NCBI RefSeq assembly: GCF_000142905.1
Contig: NW_013657673.1
Coordinates: forward strand, 310,001 to 374,000
Direction of reading: 5' to 3'
Source: Thecamonas trahens ATCC 50062
Taxonomy: Eukaryota > Protista > Apusomonadida
Length of the DNA: 64,000 bases
Shown here: positions 48,392-57,699 of the stretch, piece by piece
How positions within the stretch are numbered: position 1 is the first letter of the stretch
Layout of the letters: every line of letters begins with the position of its first letter
Made by a program: the position numbers and the translations under genes
Notes under the pieces: generated by a model
What the model saw: the letters and a program-made list of their open reading frames with translations, nothing else
The model's database searches: none
Told to the model about the DNA's origin: nothing

Positions 48392-50843
48392 ATGTCGCAC
48401 TTGCCTAGCAAGCCGTCCAAGGAAGACTCTGCCCTTGGCGTGGCCACCCCGTTTGCCACTCCGACCGACACCCCGTCTGGCTCGCCGACGTCGGCTACGG
48501 CGCCACCGGTCGTCCGCTCGCGGCCGGGTGGATCCGAGCCGGGTGGATCCGAGTCGGACACAGTGGCCATGCGCCGGAGGGTGCCGCCGCTGAGCGAGCT
48601 CACGCCGTCGGCCGCGGCGGCGGTGGCGTCGGCGACGTCACCGGCCGGCGCGGTTGTGGCATCGTCACCGACGCCTGCGCTGCTTTCGATCACCTCGTCT
48701 GGCCTTTGGACCCATGTGCTCTTCCACATCTGCGTGAGGACGAGCTACCGCTGCCTGACGATGCTGTGGTGTGTGTGGTCGGCTCATCGCCGCAGCTTGG
48801 CGACTGGGACGTCGATGCCGCGTTCACTCTGGATCCGGTGTGGGGCGAGGAGGCCTTGTGGGAGGGCTCGCTGCTGCTGGACAAAGACGCGGTTGTCCAC
48901 TATAAGTACGTCATTCGTACGCCCGACCGCATCGTCTCGGTCGAGGCGCTCGACGAACCGCGCTCGCTCGTCCCGCTCGGCGTCGCCATCAAGCTCAACG
49001 ACGGGACATACGGCGAGCCGGTGGTTGGCGGCACAAAGCGCAAGTGGACCGACCAGGGCTGGCTCATCAAGGACTCGGAGCTGCGGCTGACAGTGGCCTC
49101 GGTCAACGTGGCCCGCAACGAGGTGGCTGCGGCGCTGGCGGGAGACGACGGTGGCGAGGCGAGCGCCGATGTCGATGCAGACTGGGTCGACGTTCACTGC
49201 GCGCCGCTGCTCCCGGAGCGGGCCGACGACTTTGCATATCTGGCGTCGCTGGTCACGCCGGCTGCGGTTGTGCACCCTGTGCCAAGTAAGTATCCCAAGG
49301 GTGCGGCGATGCCGCGGGCGCTCATGTTCTACGCGCGCTCGCGCGAGCATCTGGGCTTCCGGTTTGCGTTCTACAACTGCCGCGAAAACCGGGCAGTTGG
49401 CACCGCTGTTGTGTCTGCAGCCGAGCTGACGAGCATGCGCGGTACGCTTGAGCGGCCACTGCTCGACGCGAACATGTGCATTGTCGGCTCGGTTGTGCTC
49501 AACTTTCTCATCACGACCCCTTTTGGACTCCCGGCCAACACGCTGGCGATGGTGCAGCGGCCCAAGCCGCGGCAGGTCGGCGAGGCGCTGGACATCGGGC
49601 ACCGCGGTGTGGGCGCCAACTCGAAGGACTTTGCCAACACAGCATCGTACATCCGCGAGAACACCATCGACGCGTTCCTGGCGGCTGCGCGGCTCGGGTT
49701 CTCTTACGTTGAGACCGACGTCCAGCTGACTGCCGACGGGGTCCCGATCATCTTCCACGACTTTCGCATCATTGTCCACTCGCAGACGGTCGACGTCGAC
49801 CGAGTCACTTACGACATGGCGCGGTCGGGCAATCTCGGCGGCGACAAGGACGTGTCGGCCAACATCAAGATCGGGATCAACTCACTGACGCTTGCGCAGT
49901 TCAAGTCGCTCAAGCCCGAGCTCTCGGTTGACTCGCAGTCGACGTTTGCGGCGTCGGCCAAGCGGAAGCTCAAGCGGTCGTCATCGCTCTCAGCCTTCCC
50001 CTCGCTTGGCGAGCAGCGCCGGCGCAAGAGCGCGCTCGCGAGCTCGCCACCGGTGGCCGAGGCTGAGCTGCAGCCGGCGTTTTTCATCACCGGCTCGTTC
50101 GACACTCTGCACGAGGTGCTTGTCCACGTCCAGGCGCGCCAGCCGAGCCTCGGCTTTAACCTCGAACTCAAGTACCCGGTGACTGAGGCCGACGACGCAG
50201 AGCTGAACCCGGCAGAGCGCAACAAGTGGCTCGACGCTGTGCTCGACGTCGTCTTTTCGTGTGCCAAACCGGACTTTCGCATCATTTTCTCCTCGTTTGA
50301 CCCGGACTTGTGCGCCATGTGCCGGATGAAGCAGCCGCGGTACCCGGTCTTCTTCCTCACCGACGGCGGCGAGGTGCAGTACACCGACGCGCGGATGAAC
50401 TCGGTCATGGGCGCCATCGACTTTGCGCTCTCAGCGCGGCTGCATGGCATTGTATCGGATGCCAAGCCGATTGTGTGCAACATCGATCTCGTCCAAACCG
50501 TCCACGACGCCGGCCTCATGCTCTTTACCTTTGGTGGCCTCAACAACGACGAGGCCGCTGTTGAGCTGCAGCAGACCGCCGGCGTCGACGCCATCATTAC
50601 CGACGCAGTCTACCGGGTCAAGCGCACCGGTATGACGCCGCGCAAGGCGCCCCCGCCAGCGACACGGGCCTGGCCCCGGTCGCGTTTGGGCACCCAGCCA
50701 ACAGCATCGGCGACAGCAGCAGCGCCGCCGGCAGCAGCACTCGGTCTGCGCACGCAGCTGCCGATGAGCCTAGGCACAGCGAATCGCGCTCGCATGAGCT
50801 TCAGGCTGTCCACGACGCCAAGGCGGCGTTGCGGTCATGTTAA
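48392..50843 (+). CDS. GPCPD1: Glycerophosphocholine phosphodiesterase GPCPD1/GDE5-like (CBM20 + GDPD); apparent frameshifts at ~48736 and ~50652
   Basis: CBM20-like VCVVGSSPQLGDWD...YKYVI; GDPD motifs IGHRGVG, RENTIDAF, VETDVQLTADGVPIIFHD, FNLELKYP, FSSFDPD and GVDAIITD. Confidence 0.85.
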
Positions 50844-50933
50844 GCCGGGGAACAGATGGAAAGGTAAACACCGTTTCGTAGTTTTACAATTGGATGGAAA
50901 TAGGTGCGTGTGTGTGAGGGGGGGAGGATACGA

Positions 50934-51725
50934 TCAGTACGCGCCGATGACAAAGCCACGATCAAACAGGACCTTGAGCACGTCCTTGCCCAGGACCATT
51001 TCGTAGTCGGCAAGCGGAACCTCGCCGAGGGTGACGACAACGTCGAGCTCGACGTTTTTGATCCACACCTTGGCCTTGGCCGACGGGAGAGTGCGGGCGT
51101 CGCCATGGATGCCGACTGAGACAACCGGCATCATGCGGGCTTTGGGCTCGAGACCGATGCGTTCGGCCAGGCGCGGAAGAATGAGAGTCGGCCCGAGATT
51201 GCCGGTGTCGAGCATGACGCGGGTGACGGTGACCCACTCGCCATCGCCGACGCGGACCTTGACCGGCTCGTTGAGGATGTTGAGCATGCGGGTGCCGTCT
51301 GTTGCCGCCGAGTCGGCGGTGACCGTGGTGTGCTTTGCGCCATCATATACCTCGATGGCATCGGCAGGCCCGCGCTGGTTCTCGTACGACGACGAGTGGG
51401 CGAGGAACGACTCGTCGTCGGCATCAAAGGCGCCATCGGGCTCGAGAGAGGGGAGTGCGTCGGGAGGCTGGACAAACTCGACAGTCTTGCCCTTGCGGTT
51501 TTGCGATGACTTTGAGTTGAGGACAATGGCGCCGACAACGCCGATGGCCGCCACAGCACCCATGGCCGCTGTCATGATCGACGATGGTGTGTCAGCCTCT
51601 GGCGGCGGTCCGCGGCGGTGAACATACTGCTGGCGCGGATGCAGATGAAATGCTGCCGCCATACGCGGCAGTTCGGACGAGAGCGAGGGTGCCGCAAGAC
51701 GGGCTCCGGAGAGTGCGCGCAGCAT
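50934..51725 (-). CDS. Putative mitochondrially targeted single-TM protein with a C-terminal retropepsin-like aspartic protease domain
   Basis: Presequence-like MLRALSGARLAAPSLSS, hydrophobic AAMGAVAAIGVVGAIVL, catalytic-type VMLDTG and closing MVLGKDVL motif. Confidence 0.65.
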   Translation of the reverse strand: MLRALSGARLAAPSLSSELPRMAAAFHLHPRQQYVHRRGPPPEADTPSSIMTAAMGAVAAIGVVGAIVLNSKSSQNRKGKTVEFVQPPDALPSLEPDGAFDADDESFLAHSSSYENQRGPADAIEVYDGAKHTTVTADSAATDGTRMLNILNEPVKVRVGDGEWVTVTRVMLDTGNLGPTLILPRLAERIGLEPKARMMPVVSVGIHGDARTLPSAKAKVWIKNVELDVVVTLGEVPLADYEMVLGKDVLKVLFDRGFVIGAY

Positions 51726-52310
51726 GATATGAGTATGTGTATGTGTGTAGAGAGGAAGAGAGGGTTGGAGACGAGTGTGTGTTTCCCCGGTCGCTCATGT
51801 GCTTGCACGCCTTGCCTGTGGCCAGTCAGACCGACGTCATTGTGACTCATTGTGGCACGCCGGCAAATGGAACCATTGGCTTCCGCAAAAAAGCCCATGC
51901 GTGGCGACACGTGGACAGGCAGGGTGCGATGGCTATGGGTGTGGTGGGGTTGGGAGAGAGGGGGGGGGGTGTCTACCAGCTGTGATCTGCGGTCATCGTC
52001 GTTGATGGCTGGGCTTAGGGGGAGGGGGGGGGCGGGAGGGGCGGGGGGCGGGGGGCGGGGGAGGGGGGTTTGAGTGGGTCAAGGCGGGTCAAGGCTGCCG
52101 CTGGTCAGTTTCATGAAGATCAGAGCGAGTTCATGTGGATGGTGATGGCGAGCTGGACATGTTGTTGAGCTCGAGCCATTGCCAACGGTGAACGGGTAGT
52201 CTGAAAGCGCAGACATACAGCGGAGCGGTTGCGGCGTGCTCTGGGGATTCTGGTAGCTCGGCGATTCTTGGTGCTGGAGCCATGGATGGGAGGGAAGAGA
52301 GGGGCAGGGC

Positions 52311-52712
52311 TCAGGCCTTGGCCTTCTTGGTCTTGCGATCAGCATCAGCCGGGGCATCAGCCTTGCGCTTGGGCTCAGGCTTGGCCTCGGTATCGTCCTT
52401 GGCCTTGTCGTCGGCGTCGGTCTCTTCCTTGGCCTTGTCGTTGGTCTTGGTCGATGAGGAAAAGTCGATCTTGTAGCCGGAGGCCTTGAGGGCGGGGGCG
52501 TCCTTGGCCTCTTCCAACTCTGCAGGCTTGGCAGGTTCCGACGGACCAGCACTGGAGGCGGCCGATGCCATGTACGCGCCGTGGAGGACCGGATCAAAGA
52601 CCATGGCCGAGGTGGTCACGTCGCGGAACGACTCGATGGGCCGGACGTCGTTGTTGGAGTCGTCGACGGGAGCAGCGGCAGCTGCCTTCTTGTTCTTCTT
52701 GCGGCGGGCCAT
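52311..52712 (-). CDS. Small Lys/Ala/Asp-rich hypothetical protein
   Basis: 133 codons with strong host codon bias; basic N- and C-termini (MARRKKNKK...KTKKAKA). Confidence 0.65.
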   Translation of the reverse strand: MARRKKNKKAAAAAPVDDSNNDVRPIESFRDVTTSAMVFDPVLHGAYMASAASSAGPSEPAKPAELEEAKDAPALKASGYKIDFSSSTKTNDKAKEETDADDKAKDDTEAKPEPKRKADAPADADRKTKKAKA

Positions 52713-52801
52713 GTTAGGCAAAGTAGAGAGAGGGATGTGTAGGATGAGAGTGTGGGGGGGGGGGAGGGGAGAGCGAAGGGGGAGGCGGCGCGAAGGGGGG
52801 A

Positions 52802-52901
52802 NNNNNNNNNNNNNNNNNNNNNNNNNNNNNNNNNNNNNNNNNNNNNNNNNNNNNNNNNNNNNNNNNNNNNNNNNNNNNNNNNNNNNNNNNNNNNNNNNNN
52901 N
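52802..52901. other. Assembly gap (100 N)
   Basis: N run flanked by G-rich low-complexity DNA. Confidence 1.
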
Positions 52902-53049
52902 ACCAGTGCCAATGATCCTCCAAGAGAATGGACGGCTTCGAGAGGGTGACACTGCTCAGAATCTCTCCAGAAGAGACCATCGAAGGCGGCGCAAGGGGGA
53001 GGGGGGGGGAGGGCCGAGGATGGATGGATTGGGTTTGGGGGGGGGGGGG

Positions 53050-54196
53050 CTACAGCTCGACGGCGGCAGCATCCTGCTCACGCATGGCGGCAATGAGGGC
53101 ATCCATTGAGCCCTCGGCGCCGAGATCGGAGTTCTCGATGGCGAGAATGTCGTGAAAGTGGCGGAGATCGTGCGGAAGGCCGTGGTAGGCGGCGGTGGTG
53201 GGCTGGATCCTGGTCTGAGACTCGATGATGCGCATGCGCGGGAGGTCGGCAGCAGCCGGATCGTCGGCTGGTAGGGCGGCGTAGGAGTCGAGCTCGGTGC
53301 GGGTAAAGAGGAGTGTGGACCACGGCTCGGCGAGCGGGTTGATGTCGACGAGGACGACCTTGGTGAACTTGCGCTCGACGTAGACGTCAAACGAGAAGTG
53401 CGAGAGAGTAAAGGCGTCCGGGCGGCGCCGGGGCAAGATGGGCATGGTAAAAGTCGGCGAGCAGATGGCGGATGTGGTGGTGGACAGCAGCGCCTGAGGG
53501 CTCGTGGGTGCTAAGGAGGAAGGGGAAGAAGGTATCGGTGTGGCGCTGCGAGACGGCGACGAGGCGTGAGCCGAGGACAAAGGCACGGAACTCGAGCGCC
53601 GGCTGCAGATTGTAGAACTTGCGCAGAACCAGAGTGTGGCCAGCAGCTGGCGGGTCGAGACCGGTCCCGTCGCCCTCGGCATCCTCAGTGGTGCCGTGGT
53701 AGGGCCGGAGCAGATCGTGAGCCACAAAGTCGGAGGCCTTGAGCAGGAGAAAGACGTCGGCAGGGGTGACACACTTGAGCGATCCGCCAAACGAGGCCCA
53801 GACTGCATCCTTTGGAGCGGACCAGTCGAGCTTGGGCACCACACCGCCGCCGCCAAAGGCTTTGACGGTCTCGGCCACAAAGGCCTCGAGCTCGGGGAAG
53901 GCCGGGGCAAAGGCGTGGTCATCGCTCGCCTCGCTGCCATCAGCGTCGTCGGCCGGGAAGCCCGAGTCGGAGACGTCATCTAGAGCCTCGTCTAGAGCAT
54001 CACGAGCAATGCCCTTCTCATCGGCAACTGAGGCTGGTAGCAGCAGGCCATCCGCCAGGAGGTAGTCGACAAAGGCCTGCGAGAGTGGGTGCGTCCGCGA
54101 CTTGATGGACACGGCACGGAAGAGCGGGTGCCAGGCCTTGAAGGCGCACGCATCTACGTCTGCCCGCGAGGGCATGTACCTCCCTTCTGCAGCCAT
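53050..54196 (-). CDS. CDC123: CDC123/D123 eIF2 assembly factor; apparent frameshift at ~53420-53433
   Basis: CAFKAWHPLF, FVDYLLADG, PKLDWSAPKDAVW, LLLKASDFVAHDL, LVLRKFY, EFRAFV...AVSQRH; after the shift FDVYV...LVDINP...LLF. Confidence 0.9.
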
Positions 54197-54348
54197 GTGT
54201 GGGTGGAGAGAGGTGTGGGTGTGGGTGTGGGTGTGGGTGTGGGTGGTTGGTGAGGCGGTGGGGAGGGGGGGAGGGGCGGTGATGGGACTCGATTGGGGCT
54301 CTTCGGGGGTTGGGCGGAGGAGCACGGTGGGCTGATGTCGAGAGGATG

Positions 54349-54634
54349 TGTGGTTTAGTCTTGATCATGGGGTAAAGTGTGGCCTGATCTTGGTCTTGAT
54401 CATGAGGTGTGGTGTGGCCTGATCTTGGTCTTGATCATGGGGTGTGGTGTGGCCTGATCTTGGTCTTGATCATGGGGTGTGGTGTGGCCTGATCTTGGTC
54501 TTGATCATGAGGTGTGGTGTGGCCTGATCTTGGTCTTGATCAAGGGGTGAAGTGTGGCCTGATCTTGGTCTTGATCAAGGGGTGAAGTGTGGCCTGATCT
54601 TGGTCTTGATCATCATGGGGTGAGGTGTGGCCTG
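54349..54634. repeat. 35-bp tandem minisatellite GTGTGGCCTGATCTTGGTCTTGATCA(T/A)G(G/A)GGTG(T/A)(G/A); 7 full copies plus partial ends
   Basis: Units start at 54377, 54412, 54447, 54482, 54517, 54552 and 54587, with a partial at 54625. Confidence 0.95.
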
Positions 54635-54874
54635 CTCCCGATGAAGATGTGTAGACGGATGATGATCACGACAAGGCCACGTCCTCGTCAAAACAGGTCA
54701 CAATATCCGAGAAGATGCGGTATGATCACGATACGTGGCGCCCACCGCAGTCCGATCCCGAACTCGCGTGTGACCGCCAAGCGACGTCTCCCACCACGTG
54801 ACCACCAATGCGGACCCTTCCTCCACCCCTCTCCACCTCCCCCCCCCCTTCCGGTTAGGGCCGAGGCGAGAGAG

Positions 54875-57190
54875 ATGGACTCGACCTTTGCCGCACGGTT
54901 CCGAGCCAATATGGTTGGCGAGTGGGCTGCCAAGTACTTCCCCTACGAGGCCTACGCCGCTGAGCTGGCCTCCCTTCCGCACGCTGCTGAGCGCCTTGCG
55001 GAGGCAGGGCCTGGGGCTCTGGAAGCAGCGGCTGCCCTGGCCGACTCACCCTGGGGTGTCCCCGGCGTGGAGGCTGGGGAGAGCGGCCGTATTGACGCTT
55101 CGCTGGATGGGCCTGGTGATGAGCATGCTCCGCTGCTCGGCAGTGGTGGCGCCCGAGGGAGGACGTCGCCGCGGGCGCCTGCGCTGCTGCGGATCGCCGA
55201 GGGCTTCCTCATCAGGGTCCAGGGGGCAGAGGCCCGCGTCGACGAGTTCTACAGTGAAAAGGAAGAACTGTTTCGGACGCGAATCATGCGGCTGAACAAC
55301 TACCTGGCGGCAAACAACCTGACCTACCCGCTGAGCGAGGGTAGCCCGCCGTCGTCGGCGCCGTCGACCCCGCGCGGCGGCAGTGGCGGCCGCGGGTCCA
55401 AGATCGACGTCGCCGCCATTCGCGACGCGCTGGAGGAGCTCTACCGCGGACTCCTTCTGCTCCGCAACTATGCGGCGCTCAACTTTACGGCAGTTCACGA
55501 GGTCCGCAAGGGTCTCGACTCGGTCTGCCGGACCTCCAAGTCGGCGTGGTTCCTCATCCGCAACGAGGTTGTCAGCCGCCGCGCGTACGCGTCTGCCAAG
55601 GACCGGCTTGAGCCGCTGCTCAATGAGATCGAGTGCCGCTACGCGGTGCTCTTTACTGAAGGCTCGGTGGCTGCGGCCAAGACTTCGCTGTTTGAGCGGA
55701 AGCAGCCACCGCCGCGCACCTTTCTCAACACCTTCAACCTCGGGTTCTTCTCGGGCTTCTCGGTCCCACTGGTGGTCCTCACACTCTCGCTCCTGTTCAC
55801 CTCGTCCGAGGTCGGCTACGATCCAGAGGCCGACCTGTACCCGGTCATTCCGGTCTTCCGTTGCACCGGCATCCTCATTCTGGTCTTCTGGCTCTGGGGC
55901 GGTATTGTGGTGATTTTCGAAAAGTTCCGCATCAATCACACCTTTATCCTGGAGCTCGATCCGTCGACCGTCCTCGCGCACGACCGCATCTTCAAGTCGG
56001 GCGCGCTGCTCTCGGCGCTGTGGCTCTCGTGCTTCCTCCTCTTTCTCGCTGCCGTTCGTCGCGGCATCCACGTCTTTCCGGTCCACCACAAGGTGTATCC
56101 GGCCATTCTTGTCGGCGTACTCACACTCCTCCTCCTCTGTCCGTTCCGGATGCTCCACCGGCCGACGCGCTGGTGGCTCCTCACCCGCTCGCTGCGCACC
56201 ATCTCGGCGCCGTTCTTTGCGGTCACCTTTGCCGACAACCTCATCGGCGATTACATGACGTCGCTGGTCAAGGTCCTGTACGACGCCGAGTACTTGGCGT
56301 GCTTCTACCTCTCCGGCGACTGGCTCAACAACGACTTTTCCCAGTGCCAGGAGACCAATCGCAAGTATGCCCTCCCTGTCCTCACTGCACTCCCGTTGGT
56401 CTGGCGTTTCCTGCAGTGCCTCCGCCGCTACCGCGACAGCGGCGACGCTTGGCCGCACCTCGGCAACGCCGGCAAGTACGCCGTTGCCACCGTCGCCGTC
56501 ACTCTTGGCGCCTTCCACTCGGATTGGAAGTCGTACGGCCACGAGTACTCGGCCCCGCGCGTCGCCTGGCTCGCCCTGCTCGTCTTCTCCACCCTCTACG
56601 CCTACTCTTGGGACATCTGCATGGATTGGGGCCTGATGTGGTGGGCAGATGGAAAAGTTCACGTCCGCAAGCAGTTCCACTACGGCTCCCTTTGGGTCTA
56701 CGCCCTTGCCGCCGTCCTCAACCTCTTTGGCCGCTTTGTGTGGATGCTCACCCTCATCACCGCTCCGGTCCAGTCGGCCATCAACCACGAGCTTGCCGTC
56801 TTTGTCTACGCCCTTGTCGAGGTCATCCGCCGCTCCGTCTGGGCTCTTCTTCGCATCGAGCACGAGCACTCGTTCAACGCCTCCAAGTTCCGCGCCGTCC
56901 GCGACATCCCCATCGCTTTTCACTCCAATACCACCATCAATACCTCGGCCTTTGACATCGTCGCCATCTCGCCGCGCCCCACCGACCCGACCGCACCCGT
57001 CGACACCGGCGATATCGAGCTCGCCGAGCGCTCGCGCTCTGCCTTTGCCGGCGCCTCCCCGCGCCAAATATCCGCCCACCACCACCAGCACCCGTCCGCC
57101 AAGTCCCGCTCCAACTCGGCCGCCGGCATCTCGCCTCACACATCCAACGCCGCGCACACCCTCCACACTGCTCATCCACATTGCCCGTAA
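54875..57190 (+). CDS. SPX-EXS phosphate-exporter family protein (XPR1/SYG1/PHO1-like)
   Basis: SPX-like F...MVGEW..KYFPY, RVDEFYSEKE and LLRNYAALNFTA. EXS motifs FRINHTFILEL, VTFADNLIGDYMTSL, RFLQCLRRYRD, HLGNAGKY, YSWDICMDWGL and EVIRRSVWALLRIEHEH. Confidence 0.92.
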   Translation: MDSTFAARFRANMVGEWAAKYFPYEAYAAELASLPHAAERLAEAGPGALEAAAALADSPWGVPGVEAGESGRIDASLDGPGDEHAPLLGSGGARGRTSPRAPALLRIAEGFLIRVQGAEARVDEFYSEKEELFRTRIMRLNNYLAANNLTYPLSEGSPPSSAPSTPRGGSGGRGSKIDVAAIRDALEELYRGLLLLRNYAALNFTAVHEVRKGLDSVCRTSKSAWFLIRNEVVSRRAYASAKDRLEPLLNEIECRYAVLFTEGSVAAAKTSLFERKQPPPRTFLNTFNLGFFSGFSVPLVVLTLSLLFTSSEVGYDPEADLYPVIPVFRCTGILILVFWLWGGIVVIFEKFRINHTFILELDPSTVLAHDRIFKSGALLSALWLSCFLLFLAAVRRGIHVFPVHHKVYPAILVGVLTLLLLCPFRMLHRPTRWWLLTRSLRTISAPFFAVTFADNLIGDYMTSLVKVLYDAEYLACFYLSGDWLNNDFSQCQETNRKYALPVLTALPLVWRFLQCLRRYRDSGDAWPHLGNAGKYAVATVAVTLGAFHSDWKSYGHEYSAPRVAWLALLVFSTLYAYSWDICMDWGLMWWADGKVHVRKQFHYGSLWVYALAAVLNLFGRFVWMLTLITAPVQSAINHELAVFVYALVEVIRRSVWALLRIEHEHSFNASKFRAVRDIPIAFHSNTTINTSAFDIVAISPRPTDPTAPVDTGDIELAERSRSAFAGASPRQISAHHHQHPSAKSRSNSAAGISPHTSNAAHTLHTAHPHCP

Positions 57191-57412
57191 AACCACACAT
57201 ACACGCACGCCATACACACGACCTACTTTGTTGACTTCCTGATCTGCTGGATTTCAAAGAGATCGACAGTCCCGCAATCGCACTCTCGCCGAGCTCTGGG
57301 CAGGGCGGGTCAGCGAGTGACGAGCCGTCGGACAGAATTTGGTCCATCTCCACTGAGCGCTCCACGTCCCCCCTCCCCCCCCCCTCCAACCCTCCCACCC
57401 CTTCCTACACCT

Positions 57413-57445
57413 CACCACCACCACCACCACCACCACCACCACCAC
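57413..57445. repeat. (CAC)n microsatellite
   Basis: About 11 CAC units in intergenic DNA. Confidence 0.85.
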
Positions 57446-57699
57446 CCGACTGCTCCACCCACCACTCCACACTCCATCCCTCTGTACCCTTTCCCCCTTC
57501 TCCACACGTTGGAAACAGACCAGGCCGTCACCCCCCCCCCCCCCCCCCGTCCCTCCCTCCCTCGCTCCCTCTCTGCGCACCCGCTTGGAACACAGCGGGC
57601 AGAGGAGCAAGTGAGCGGACAGTTTCGAGAAGGTGATCTTGGCTGAGAAGCAGACACATAGTACACCGGGTTGCTAGAGCAGGAGCTTGAAAAGTAATC

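Noticed and set aside
50844-51006. Coding overlap between GPCPD1 and the retropepsin gene
   Set aside because: It disappears if one C is restored at 50650-50654, which gives host-like codons and a stop at 50841-50843.
1-54196. Pseudogene calls for USP40, TRRAP, acyl-CoA oxidase, GPCPD1, CDC123 and LRR-PP2C
   Set aside because: No nonsense codons or decay; motifs and codon bias are intact on both sides of each break; TRRAP and CDC123 are normally essential.
54349-54634. CRISPR array
   Set aside because: Units are head-to-tail with only 1-3 variable bases and no unique spacers; no cas genes; eukaryotic context.
54795-54800. CACGTG as a Pho4-like site upstream of the phosphate exporter, and a phosphate cluster with GPCPD1
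   Set aside because: The 6-mer occurs frequently by chance in this window, and three unrelated genes separate the two loci.
55046-57217. Long antisense ORFs (e.g. 55046-57217, 20079-21512, 60357-61949, 25736-26995)
   Set aside because: Shadow ORFs expected from high GC3 on the real coding strand; no recognisable motifs.
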